Source of the DNA: Candidatus Fischerbacteria bacterium RBG_13_37_8
GTDB taxonomy: Bacteria; Acidobacteriota; HRBIN11; MFGW01
NCBI GenBank assembly: GCA_001780385.1
Contig: MFGW01000180.1
Location: 23,935-58,353, forward strand
DNA: 34,419 nucleotides
Reading direction: 5' to 3'
A program made the translations under genes and the position numbers. Under the pieces are notes generated by a model, which had not been told where the DNA came from, ran no database searches, and saw only the letters and a program-made list of their open reading frames with translations. Below are positions 19,395-28,266 of this stretch, in pieces (position 1 is the stretch's first letter; each line of letters opens with the position of its first letter).

Positions 19395-21362
19395 TTACGA
19401 TTCCTTTGAATCAAGATAAACAATAACTCCGCTGGTCATATTCAGCGGGAAACCCGGTTCTGGTACTTGTGCAATTACTTTGCCATATCCAATAAATTTA
19501 CAGGGTAATTTTAATTTTTCGATGAGAACAATTGCTTCATCAAGCGACATTCCTCTAAAGTCCGGCAGGCCGCCCGGAGTATTTATTTCTTGTTTAAAAG
19601 TGTGAGCAGTTGTGACAGGTTCTTCTTTATTATTTTTTCCCTTCAGGTAAGCAAGATACAACGGTTCAGCAGGTGGGATTCTAAGATGTTCTGCTGTTTT
19701 ACGGGCAATTCGTGAAAAGAGAGGTGCTGCAACCTGACTGCCCCAAAATATTCCTTTTGGTTCATCAATAATAACCAGCATGGCAACACGAGGCCTGTGA
19801 AAAGGAAAATACCCCATAAAGGAAGCAATTAATCCTCCGTCTGCATAAGTGTGCGATGGACCTATTTTTTGTGCCGTTCCTGTTTTTCCACTGACACCAT
19901 AACCTTCAAGTTCAGCTAATTTTCCTGTACCATCGACCACTACACCCCGCAGAAAACTTCTCAGTATTGCAAGAGTTGATTCATCTAAAACGTTCTCATT
20001 ATTTAATTTTTCCTTATTGAGATACTTCACCGTGCCATCAGAGGCAACTGTTTTATATCCAAGGTGTGGTTTGACAAAATACCCTCCATTGGCAATTATT
20101 GAAACAACCCGCAGCATCTGTAAAGGAGTGGTAAATACTTCCTGTCCTATTGATAAAGCTCCTATCGAAAGTCCTGACCAATCAGATAAAGGCCGTACAT
20201 ATCCACTGCTCTCACCATATAAATCAATATCGGTTTTTTCTCCTATGCCGAATTTTTGTATATACTCATACAATTTTGCCTTTCCTACTTTCATGCCTAC
20301 TTTTATTGCACCCACATTTGAAGAATTCTTGATTATTTCTTCAAAATTCAATAAACCAAAAGGTTTGTGATCCCTGATAACAAATCCGGATAACATAATT
20401 TTTCCATTCTCACAATCAAAAATATCTTTCGGCGATACTTTCTTCTCGCCCAGTGCTGCAGCAGCGACTATGACCTTAAATATTGATCCTGGTTCAAATT
20501 CAAGCTGAGTTGCAAGATTCCTTCTGTTTTCCGCTGGAGATTCCGTAAAACGATTCAAATCATAAGCCGGGTAACTAGCCATAGCATAGATTTCACCATT
20601 CTCCGGATTCATTATTATCGCTGTGCCTCTTTTTGCATTATGTTCTTTTACCCATATCTCTAATTCTTCCTCGACTATATATTGCAATTCAGAATATATC
20701 GTTAAGAATAAATCAGAACCTTTCATTTTCCCTTCGATAGGTTCACCATGCACCATGACATCTTTACTGGCAGCATCTTTTAATATTATGACCTTGGATT
20801 GCTCCCCTTTTAAAGCACGGTCATAATATAACTCGGTTCCCTCCAGACCTATATTATCTGTTCCTACAAATCCTACCGCATGAGCTGCTAAATCCTTGCC
20901 CGGATAATACCTGCTGCTTTCTTCTATCGAATAAATGCCGGGTAATTTTTTTTGCATGACAGCCTCTACAATTTCTGAATCAACTTTTCTTTTCAACCAG
21001 AAAAAACTGTCATTACTGGTTATCTTTTTTAATATCTCATTGGCAGAAAGAGGTAATAATGAGGAAAGAATTAAAGAAGTACGAACAGGATTATCAATTT
21101 CTTTCGGCATTATATAAAGTGAATATGAATTAATACTCACCGCCAACCGCTCTCCATTACGGTCACTTATATCACCGCGCAACGGATTTAATTCTATCTC
21201 CCAATATTGCTGTTTTTTTGCCAGCTCCCCATATTCCTTTGATTGAATAACCTGCAATTGCACCAGTCTTGCGAAAACAAGCAGAAACCATATCAATATA
21301 ATAAGAAGAACAATAACAAATCGCTTCCGATAGAAAAATATTATTTTTGAATAGTGACTCAT
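19395..21362 (-). CDS. ftsI: Class B penicillin-binding protein FtsI (PBP3-type transpeptidase) with a C-terminal PASTA-like domain
   Basis: N-terminal TM anchor, SxxK (GSIFKV), SxN (NSSNVG) and KTG (SGKTGTA) motifs. The C-terminal roughly 60 aa (DFRGMSLDEAIVLIEKLKLPCKFIGYGKVIAQVPEPGFPL) look PASTA-like. Confidence 0.9.
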   Translation of the reverse strand: MSHYSKIIFFYRKRFVIVLLIILIWFLLVFARLVQLQVIQSKEYGELAKKQQYWEIELNPLRGDISDRNGERLAVSINSYSLYIMPKEIDNPVRTSLILSSLLPLSANEILKKITSNDSFFWLKRKVDSEIVEAVMQKKLPGIYSIEESSRYYPGKDLAAHAVGFVGTDNIGLEGTELYYDRALKGEQSKVIILKDAASKDVMVHGEPIEGKMKGSDLFLTIYSELQYIVEEELEIWVKEHNAKRGTAIIMNPENGEIYAMASYPAYDLNRFTESPAENRRNLATQLEFEPGSIFKVIVAAAALGEKKVSPKDIFDCENGKIMLSGFVIRDHKPFGLLNFEEIIKNSSNVGAIKVGMKVGKAKLYEYIQKFGIGEKTDIDLYGESSGYVRPLSDWSGLSIGALSIGQEVFTTPLQMLRVVSIIANGGYFVKPHLGYKTVASDGTVKYLNKEKLNNENVLDESTLAILRSFLRGVVVDGTGKLAELEGYGVSGKTGTAQKIGPSHTYADGGLIASFMGYFPFHRPRVAMLVIIDEPKGIFWGSQVAAPLFSRIARKTAEHLRIPPAEPLYLAYLKGKNNKEEPVTTAHTFKQEINTPGGLPDFRGMSLDEAIVLIEKLKLPCKFIGYGKVIAQVPEPGFPLNMTSGVIVYLDSKES

Positions 21363-21384
21363 GAATGTTCTGCTGGTTCCCTGA

Positions 21385-21789
21385 CTATTTGATTATTTTT
21401 TTTGCTAAGCGAAGCTGCTCCCCTTTTACACCTTGTGGTTCCTTTATCATAATAATCCTGTTTAATTCAGTAGGTTTTAATCCCATATCCTTGACTACAA
21501 TTTGATCAATCCTTTCCGCAGAGGACAGATATTCTACCTCCAGTATTAATTTCTGATTCTCCGCTTTTAATTGACGCAGTGTATTTTCCAGGTCTCTTAA
21601 TTCATATTGACTTCTTAATTGTTCAAGACTTCGCCAACTGTAAAAAATGAGACCCGTTAATATAATAAGCATGGAAATCGTGCATATAAATAATTCCATG
21701 AACGTTAAAGGATCACGTTCTTTTTTTAATTCTTCATTTTCAAATTGCTTGCTCTGTATATAAGCAGCATCAATTCTCCTGACTATCAT
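21385..21789 (-). CDS. ftsL: FtsL-like small bitopic division protein
   Basis: 134 aa with one TM (FICTISMLIILTGLIFYSW) followed by a coiled coil (LRDLENTLRQLKAENQKLILEVEYL). Canonical position between rsmH and ftsI. Confidence 0.6.
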   Translation of the reverse strand: MIVRRIDAAYIQSKQFENEELKKERDPLTFMELFICTISMLIILTGLIFYSWRSLEQLRSQYELRDLENTLRQLKAENQKLILEVEYLSSAERIDQIVVKDMGLKPTELNRIIMIKEPQGVKGEQLRLAKKIIK

Positions 21790-21802
21790 AACGATGTCTC
21801 CT

Positions 21803-22789
21803 TTAAAGCGATGAAAAAAGAATGTGCCGATCCGGACATTGCGCAGCTAAAAATTGAGGAAACTGCACGTGGGAAATTTTCTCAATGATCCTTAATTTAG
21901 CCGAGCGCGCTTGAGGATTCCTGATAATTTCTTCACGCGATGGTTTTATTACTTTTTTATTCACCAGACGTCCTACTGGTTTTCCTTCACAACTGCATCT
22001 TGATAATTCACATCTGCAGCGGGCTGCAAGTTGTCTGAAAGCTGTTTTTACTATCCTGTCTTCCAGCGAATGATAAGCTATAATCGCCAGATAACCACGC
22101 CTGTTCAAAACATCAAAAGCATCCCTTAAAAAAATAGTCAGATTTTCAAGTTCCTCGTTGACCGCGATGCGTAATGCTTGAAACACAAGCGTAGCAGGAT
22201 CATGCTTCCGGCTCCTCTTTGCCTTTGCCCGCCGTATAATCTCAGCTAATTGCATGGTACTTGTTATGCTGCCTGTTCTTCTCTCGCGAAGAATTTCTTC
22301 TGCAATGCGATGAGCTCTGGGTTCCTCTCCATATTTTCGGAATAAAGCTACAAGCTCTTGATAACCCAGATTGTTCACTAGATTCGCTGCATCTGCTTTC
22401 ATCCTGTCACTATACCTCATGTCCAATGGTCCATCTTTTGTGAAACTAAATCCCCTCTTTTCACAATTAAGTTGAAAACTCGATAGACCAAGATCGGCAC
22501 AAATAAAATCTATTGATTCAAGCTCTAATCGTTCCGCTATTTCTTTTATATTTCTGAAATTATCTTCAACCAGCGTTATCCTCCCTGCATATGCAATTAA
22601 ATTATCCTCGGCAATACGCAGTGATTCCCGGTCAAGATCAATGCCAACTAAATGAGCATCCGTCTTACTTAAAAAATGCCGTGCATGCCCCCCAAGTCCA
22701 ATCGTGGCATCAATTATTAGCTTCATTTCACTAATTGGCATATGCTGTAATAATTCCTCGACCAGTACCGGTTCATGTATAAATTTCAT
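21803..22789 (-). CDS. rsmH: 16S rRNA (cytosine1402-N4)-methyltransferase RsmH (MraW)
   Basis: Motifs DATIGLGGHARHFL, DLGLSSFQL, IAYHSLEDRIVK, NPQARSAKLR. Follows mraZ. Confidence 0.93.
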   Translation of the reverse strand: MKFIHEPVLVEELLQHMPISEMKLIIDATIGLGGHARHFLSKTDAHLVGIDLDRESLRIAEDNLIAYAGRITLVEDNFRNIKEIAERLELESIDFICADLGLSSFQLNCEKRGFSFTKDGPLDMRYSDRMKADAANLVNNLGYQELVALFRKYGEEPRAHRIAEEILRERRTGSITSTMQLAEIIRRAKAKRSRKHDPATLVFQALRIAVNEELENLTIFLRDAFDVLNRRGYLAIIAYHSLEDRIVKTAFRQLAARCRCELSRCSCEGKPVGRLVNKKVIKPSREEIIRNPQARSAKLRIIEKISHVQFPQFLAAQCPDRHILFSSL

Positions 22790-22791
22790 AA

Positions 22792-23268
22792 CTATTTTCC
22801 TAAATGCGTTAATTTATCTGCAAGAATGCGCAATTGCTCTTCTCCTATTTTTGTAGTCGCCATCTTCTTGCTATAGCTTTCATAATCCCATACCTCCAGG
22901 TATGTGAATTGTGATATGATGGCAACCCTGTCCTTTATCCCAGCAGATTCTCTCAATGCCGGCGGTAATAATATTCTTCCACGCGCATCCAACTTGATCA
23001 ATTGCCCGTATGAATGCATGCGCCGTATAAAATTTGTCCTGTCAGGATCAAATACCTTGAGCTTAAATATATCCCGCGCAACCTCCTCCCACACTTTCAT
23101 CGGGTAAATATCTATTTTTTCACCATCTGCACTCGTAATATAAAGCTTATTCCCATAATATCGCAGCAGAATTTTTTTAAACTGTACCGGCAGTATGAAT
23201 CTGCCGGATTCATCTATCCGTGCTTCATCTCCGCCTATAAATTTATCTTTTAAAATATTATTTCCCAT
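22792..23268 (-). CDS. mraZ: Transcriptional regulator MraZ
   Basis: Two SpoVT/AbrB-like halves, each with a DxxGR motif (IDESGRFILP, LDARGRILLP). First gene of the dcw cluster. Start moved from 23331 to ATG 23268 because the upstream 21 codons overlap the predicted promoter. Confidence 0.9.
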   Translation of the reverse strand: MGNNILKDKFIGGDEARIDESGRFILPVQFKKILLRYYGNKLYITSADGEKIDIYPMKVWEEVARDIFKLKVFDPDRTNFIRRMHSYGQLIKLDARGRILLPPALRESAGIKDRVAIISQFTYLEVWDYESYSKKMATTKIGEEQLRILADKLTHLGK

Positions 23269-23287
23269 ATGTTCCCGTTTTTTCCCA
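23263..23287 (-). promoter_or_regulatory. Putative MraZ operator: three direct pentamer repeats with 10-bp phasing
   Basis: The minus strand reads TGGGA-aaaaa-CGGGA-acata-TGGGA (pentamers at 23287-83, 23277-73, 23267-63). The third box overlaps the mraZ ATG. Confidence 0.5.
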
Positions 23288-23302
23288 TAATCATTCTTTA
23301 CT

Positions 23303-23331
23303 AATTTACTACATAATACAAGCATTGTCAA
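23303..23331 (-). promoter_or_regulatory. Putative sigma70-type dcw promoter (TTGACA-17 nt-TAAATT)
   Basis: On the minus strand, -35 TTGACA at 23331-23326, a 17-nt spacer, and -10 TAAATT at 23308-23303, about 35 nt upstream of the mraZ ATG. Confidence 0.5.
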
Positions 23332-23481
23332 GCTTTTTTACCCTTTTTTAAAAAAAATATTTTTTTTATATGCAAATGCACAATATATAGACTATATCTA
23401 TGTTTGTGCCCTATATGATGATAACACTCTACCCTCTTTATGGGAAAATCGCTTATTTTATGTAAAAAACATGAAAAAATA

Positions 23482-23528
23482 GTCCCCAGTCCCCAGTCCC
23501 CAATCCCCAGTCCCCAATCCCCAGTCCC
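23482..23528. repeat. Heptamer tandem array (CCCCAGT/CCCCAAT) about 6.5 units; G-quadruplex-capable on the minus strand
   Basis: CCCC runs start at 23484, 23491, 23498, 23505, 23512 and 23519 (plus CCC at 23526), an exact 7-nt period. The array abuts the stop codon (23528-23530) of the sulfatase-like gene. Confidence 0.9.
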
Positions 23529-25588
23529 TATCTAATGTATCCCAGTGACCTTAAAAAATCATCTATACTTGTATTATCACCGGATGTTGGTTCCAATCCT
23601 TCACTCTTACGAAAATTCGCATTCTGTTTCTGCCAGTTTGCTATTAGCTTTATCATCTCATTTCTTAATTCAGGATTATTGATCGGATTTTGCTCTTCAG
23701 GATCTTCAGCAAGATTAAAAAGCAAATTTCCGTCATCTGAAAGGATTAATTTATAATCCCCATTTATGACTGCTTTACGTTCCTTGTAATAAAGCGTATT
23801 CTCAGCAAATATTGCCCTCTTTGTAAAGTCTTCTGAAAATTGCAATGCTTTCATCAGATCAATTCCTTGATATGCATATGGTTGTTTGATAGCATTCCAT
23901 GAAAGAATAGTCGGTGCAATGTCAATGAGACTTGCAGATATTTTGCACCTGAAATTCTTATATTTTTGTTGAGGAAATTTAATAATCAACGGTATATGCA
24001 TCACTTCGTCGTAGAATGAATGACCATGTGCAATGTTATCATGTTCCCAGAATTCTTCTCCATGATCAGCAGTTATTATAATCATAGCATTTTCATATTT
24101 ATTTCTCTTTTTCAATTCTTCGATGATGCCACCTATCATTTTATCGGCATATTCCACTTCAGCGCGATAATAGTTCCTGAACATTTCCTTTTCAGCGCTG
24201 GAAATTGGTGTCAGGCCGCTTCTTGCTTCAATTATGCTGAAATATTGTAATTTTTTTCCTAGGAAAGCAACATCTTTTATTTCCGGCAATGTAAATGGAG
24301 TATGGGTATCAAGATAGTGCATCCAGACAAAAAAAGGTTCTCCGATAGTTTCGAGGTGTTCCATGAAGGCTTTATTGAGGTATTCAGCCTGGTAATTTGA
24401 TTGATACAATGTTTTAGAAGGCAACCAGTCTCTAATAATGCTCAGTTCATGAAATTCTTTCACATACCATGGAATATCTGGAACTGGGATGAAATGATCA
24501 AAAACGCTTTCTATATTTGATTTTTTGCCGAACATTCCCGGATAAACGATGAAATAAGTATGATAACCATTCTTTGAGAGTACTTTTGGCAAGACCTGCA
24601 ATTTAAGAAATGGCAGGATATTTTTACGTGCTGATAGCTGTCCCAGGGCTGAGGGATACATTGCGCTCATTATTGAGGATAGCGCTGGCAATGTCCAGCT
24701 ACTGGATGAATATGCTTTTTCAAATAAGACTCCATCTTGTGCTATAGCATCAATATGAGGAGTTGTTCCTTTCATTTTTCCATAAGCGCTCACGAAATCA
24801 TAGCGCAGTGCATCTACTGAAAGAATGAGAATATCGGGATAGGTCTCCGTAGATATTACTTCTTTATTTTGTGGAGGCTTCAGGGAATAAGACAGCGCAT
24901 ATAAAATAAACAGCAACGCGCAAAGATTAATAAAGGCGATAATAATTCTGCCTGACAATCTCCTTCCGATGAATTTTACCGCATATGCTATTGTCAAAGT
25001 AATAACAATCACTGCAACAGCTAATGCATTAAAGAGCAACGAATAGGGATTTCCCGACATCATTGCCAGGGAAAGAATAATTGCAGACAGGCAAAACAAT
25101 GGCAAAGCAGCAACAATAATCGAATCTGCAAATCTCGAATACAACCATTCACTATACCTGCTTAAACGCTTAATAATTACAAATAAACCGATAAAGGAAC
25201 CTACCAGCAAAATTGCAACAAAAAACAACAATAGTTTAGACAAGGAAAATGGATGCAGCAAAAAATATTTACTTTGCGGCTGAATACTGAACGACCATGA
25301 TACCGCATAAATAAATAGCAACACGGTAATGAAGGAAATACTGTTGTTTTCTTTTTGTCTGAGCCGGCTCAATGCCTCGAGGATAAAAAATAGGGCAAAG
25401 CATATGCCTGAAAGGATTACAACAGCCGCTATAATTTCCCGCATGCTTAGCAACAAGCTTTCTCTGAAAGTTTTCGCCACATAATCCTGAACTCGATTAT
25501 AGAGAATAGCTTCACATAATCCCAGCATAAAGGCGGTGAAAAAAACAATTTTTATCTTGTTTTTCATGTCTTCATTATATTCTTGCAT
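23528..25588 (-). CDS. Membrane-anchored alkaline-phosphatase-superfamily (sulfatase-like; LtaS/EptA/OpgB-type) transferase
   Basis: Polytopic N-terminal half, then a catalytic domain with ILSVDALRYDF, SSSWTLPALSS, HYLDTHTPF and ITADHGEEFWEH. No C/S-x-P-x-R formylglycine motif. The first 32 codons of the track ORF translate a repeat element (RADTCVCPY), so the start is moved to ATG 25588 (25567 is also possible). Confidence 0.8.
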   Translation of the reverse strand: MQEYNEDMKNKIKIVFFTAFMLGLCEAILYNRVQDYVAKTFRESLLLSMREIIAAVVILSGICFALFFILEALSRLRQKENNSISFITVLLFIYAVSWSFSIQPQSKYFLLHPFSLSKLLLFFVAILLVGSFIGLFVIIKRLSRYSEWLYSRFADSIIVAALPLFCLSAIILSLAMMSGNPYSLLFNALAVAVIVITLTIAYAVKFIGRRLSGRIIIAFINLCALLFILYALSYSLKPPQNKEVISTETYPDILILSVDALRYDFVSAYGKMKGTTPHIDAIAQDGVLFEKAYSSSSWTLPALSSIMSAMYPSALGQLSARKNILPFLKLQVLPKVLSKNGYHTYFIVYPGMFGKKSNIESVFDHFIPVPDIPWYVKEFHELSIIRDWLPSKTLYQSNYQAEYLNKAFMEHLETIGEPFFVWMHYLDTHTPFTLPEIKDVAFLGKKLQYFSIIEARSGLTPISSAEKEMFRNYYRAEVEYADKMIGGIIEELKKRNKYENAMIIITADHGEEFWEHDNIAHGHSFYDEVMHIPLIIKFPQQKYKNFRCKISASLIDIAPTILSWNAIKQPYAYQGIDLMKALQFSEDFTKRAIFAENTLYYKERKAVINGDYKLILSDDGNLLFNLAEDPEEQNPINNPELRNEMIKLIANWQKQNANFRKSEGLEPTSGDNTSIDDFLRSLGYIR

Positions 25589-25630
25589 CCGCTGCAATTC
25601 AACAAGAAAGGATTCTTTGCAAGTTCTGGT

Positions 25631-25656
25631 GTAGGGGCAGACACATGTGTCTGCCC
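25631..25656 (-). repeat. GC-rich palindromic intergenic repeat, copy C (inverted relative to copies A and B)
   Basis: GTAGGGGCAGACACATGTGTCTGCCC is the reverse complement of the copy A consensus with one loop change, which makes a perfect 22-nt palindrome. Confidence 0.85.
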
Positions 25657-25827
25657 TTGCGAGCAATCCCATTGGCCTTGTCATTGTGAGTTTGCCGGAG
25701 GCAAACGTAACAATTCAAAACGGATGATAAGAAACACTTCCGTTACGGATAATTACGCATTCTTGCCAGAATGCTCATAATGACAGTCCGTTGGGGATTG
25801 CTTCGCTTGCCTTAAGCAAGCTCGCAA
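25657..25827. repeat. Two inverted copies of a TCAYAATGACA...GATTGC...TCGCAA intergenic module flanking small hairpins
   Basis: 25657-25689 (ttgcgagcaatccc...tgtcattgtga) is the inverted form of 25775-25827 (tcataatgacagtcc...gattgcttcg...ctcgcaa). Internal hairpins are gtttgcc-gga-ggcaaac and gcttgccttaagcaagc. Related copies lie at 32704-32740 and 32823-32834. Confidence 0.7.
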
Positions 25828-25837
25828 AGACTGCAAT

Positions 25838-28171
25838 TCATTTTTTGCTATTAATCCCTATAGTGAACAGCATAACCAGCGCTAAACCTATTAAAAATAA
25901 GCAATTATCAGAAACTCCCAGCAACGGTATAAAAAAGCAGCCAGTCAGCAATGAACCAAAGGCAGCTCCCAGGTGATCCATGCTGTCTGTCCTGCCGGCA
26001 GATATGCCACTTTTTCCCCCATTGACAAGATATATCTTATTTGCTATTGGGAAATAAATCCCGGTTGCCGTTCCTGCAAGTATCATCAAAAATAAAAATA
26101 CATAATATACATACTGCCAATGTAATATGCTGATGGTAATGCTATACTTAAGCAGCATGACAATCAGTATCATAAAAAGAAATATTGCCATTGCTGAAAA
26201 AAAGATAGTTGTGTTTTGTCTTAAAATAATCTTGTTCCCCGCATAACTGCCAATTACAAGACCAGCCATAAACAACGCAACAAGCAAACTTATCTGCTGG
26301 TAAACAAATCCAAATATGCTTTGAAATTGAAACATAACGAGCAGATCTATTGAAATCCCAATATATCCCGCAACAAAAATTCCTGCTAATGCATCAAACC
26401 TCTTCTGCAGCATACTATTTCTCCCTGCTCTTTTAAAAAGAATCCTGAATAAAAAAATAATAATAAGCGCCACAACAAGATGTTTAAAACGAAGATTGTT
26501 AAAAAATGAAAGAAAACGGCTGAAGCGTGGTGCTGAGTATTTTTCCCACAATATCAAATTCAAAAAAAAGGCTGCTGGTTGTTTATCACTATTAACAGGT
26601 TCACTTTCCAGATTATTAAGAAATTGTTGTACTAACTCCACCCTGTAGGATTCCAGAAGATAATGAAAATGATACTTCGAAAAATATTCAGTTTCAATCC
26701 TGACATATTCATATCGGGCAGCAAGTGTATCCTGATCAAGGGTTATGTCCTGTTCATAATCAGAAGCTATGAACATAGCTTTTTCGCCTGGTGTCACAAG
26801 CACCTTTTTAAATGCTGTCTTTAATGTAGTATAGAGACTGCCCATATAGGCAGTAGTTTCTTCGCTGAAATAATTAATAGCAGAAGTTGAAAATGTAAAC
26901 ATAATTCCATGCTTATTCATTATTTTTTTCAACATTGCATAAAATTCTGCCGTGTAATACCTGTTTATATTTGCATTTGAAGGATCCGGTTGATTCACCA
27001 CGATTATATCGTATTGTTCTTTACAAGAAGCGACATAATGTTTCCCGTCCTTCTTAATTATTTTCACACGAGGATTTCTCAGTATAGATTTATAATTTTC
27101 AGGAAAGTATTGTTCTGTGAGTATAAAATAGCCAGGGTCTACCACTGCATAATCAATTGTACGTACCGGGTACCGGAGCATTTCCAATATGATATTTTCA
27201 GAACCCATTCCAAGAATTAAAATATTTTTTGCTCCAGGATTTTGTATCATGATCATATGAGCGTTTATTGCACCTCCATAGGGATCAGGGAAACTTCCGC
27301 TATATTTCCCGTTTGCATAAATCATATAGATTGTTTCTTTTTTACCAAGCGTTAAATTTTGGTATTTTGTATCATGAGAAGTGATAAATGTTATAGTTCC
27401 TGCCAGGCCTTTCCATCGTTGTTCGATGGTATAAGTATCAATTTTTTCATATGATTTATCAAAATAGCTGATCACCATTATGAATAAAACAATAAGAGTA
27501 GTTAAGCTTTTTATACCCGGGTGCGGGCGTTTTTGTTCAAGAGAAAACAAGTCCACAGCAGAAGCAATAGCTACAACAATGATAGCCCATAGGAACATAA
27601 TTCCAAAGTTGCTAAATTTGCTGATCAACAGATAAGCAAGCACAGCGCCTGCAAACATGCTTCCCAATGATTCATAAAAATAAATTTTTCCTATACCCAG
27701 GGCTTCTTCCAAATCACGCCGATATTTATATTCTTCTCGCAATCGATAAAGCCAGCTTTGTGTTATTATCGGAAATAGAAATCCAATCAATACACTAAAT
27801 GGTACTACTGTAATGATAACAATAACTAATGTTTTATCAAAAGTTACCTGCTGTCCCGGTCCAATAGAAATAACTATCGGACTTAATCTTATTCCGATAA
27901 TACTCACTATAGACAGCACTGCTAAGCAGGTTAATAAAAACGGATACCATTTTATATAAGTCCTTGATTTTTTTTGAATCCATGAACCTGAAATCCATGC
28001 ACCTGTCATTATTCCCAAAAACCAGGAAAAAAATATAATTCCGATAGTAAGCTCATTTCCATAAAAAATTACCAGGAGCTCACGTATCAAGATAGATTGC
28101 GTAGATATTGCAATTCCTCCAAAAGCAATCACTGATGATAAAAATAATGATTTTCTGATACTTCTATGCAT
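25838..28171 (-). CDS. Fused polytopic membrane / spermidine-synthase-like (aminopropyltransferase fold) protein
   Basis: About 7 TMs, then a class-I MTase/spermine-synthase-like core (ILILGMGSENIILEML, YAVVDPGYF, YDIIVVNQPDP, YYTAEFY), then about 6 more TMs. Start set to ATG 28171; the track uses TTG 28180. Confidence 0.8.
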   Translation of the reverse strand: MHRSIRKSLFLSSVIAFGGIAISTQSILIRELLVIFYGNELTIGIIFFSWFLGIMTGAWISGSWIQKKSRTYIKWYPFLLTCLAVLSIVSIIGIRLSPIVISIGPGQQVTFDKTLVIVIITVVPFSVLIGFLFPIITQSWLYRLREEYKYRRDLEEALGIGKIYFYESLGSMFAGAVLAYLLISKFSNFGIMFLWAIIVVAIASAVDLFSLEQKRPHPGIKSLTTLIVLFIMVISYFDKSYEKIDTYTIEQRWKGLAGTITFITSHDTKYQNLTLGKKETIYMIYANGKYSGSFPDPYGGAINAHMIMIQNPGAKNILILGMGSENIILEMLRYPVRTIDYAVVDPGYFILTEQYFPENYKSILRNPRVKIIKKDGKHYVASCKEQYDIIVVNQPDPSNANINRYYTAEFYAMLKKIMNKHGIMFTFSTSAINYFSEETTAYMGSLYTTLKTAFKKVLVTPGEKAMFIASDYEQDITLDQDTLAARYEYVRIETEYFSKYHFHYLLESYRVELVQQFLNNLESEPVNSDKQPAAFFLNLILWEKYSAPRFSRFLSFFNNLRFKHLVVALIIIFLFRILFKRAGRNSMLQKRFDALAGIFVAGYIGISIDLLVMFQFQSIFGFVYQQISLLVALFMAGLVIGSYAGNKIILRQNTTIFFSAMAIFLFMILIVMLLKYSITISILHWQYVYYVFLFLMILAGTATGIYFPIANKIYLVNGGKSGISAGRTDSMDHLGAAFGSLLTGCFFIPLLGVSDNCLFLIGLALVMLFTIGINSKK

Positions 28172-28231
28172 TATTATCAATTATTCATTGTATCAATTAT
28201 TTCGTCTTATGAAAATATGAGTTCTTCATAT

Positions 28232-28260
28232 TTGATATTTCAAGTAGTTTTGGATAGAAT
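28232..28260 (+). promoter_or_regulatory. Putative promoter for lnt (TTGATA-17 nt-TAGAAT), -10 ends 6 nt before the ATG
   Basis: TTGATA at 28232-37, a 17-nt spacer, TAGAAT at 28255-60, ATG at 28267. No SD lies between them. Confidence 0.4.
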
Positions 28261-28266
28261 TTGCCA

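Noticed and set aside
23482-23528. Possible CRISPR array or telomere-like end
   Set aside because: The 7-nt units are contiguous with no spacers, there are no cas genes, and the array is internal to a contiguous chromosome segment. It is a simple tandem repeat.
25589-25684. N-terminal 32 codons of the track ORF for the sulfatase-like gene
   Set aside because: This segment encodes RADTCVCPY from palindromic repeat copy C, so it is not genuine coding sequence. A downstream ATG directly precedes the first TM region.
25583-25976. Plus-strand ORFs 25583-25780 and 25791-25976
   Set aside because: They are translations of the intergenic repeat modules and palindrome copy C (GADTCVCPCEQSHWPCHCEF...), and the second one runs antisense into the 3' end of the spermidine-synthase-like gene. 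They are typical spurious repeat-derived ORFs.
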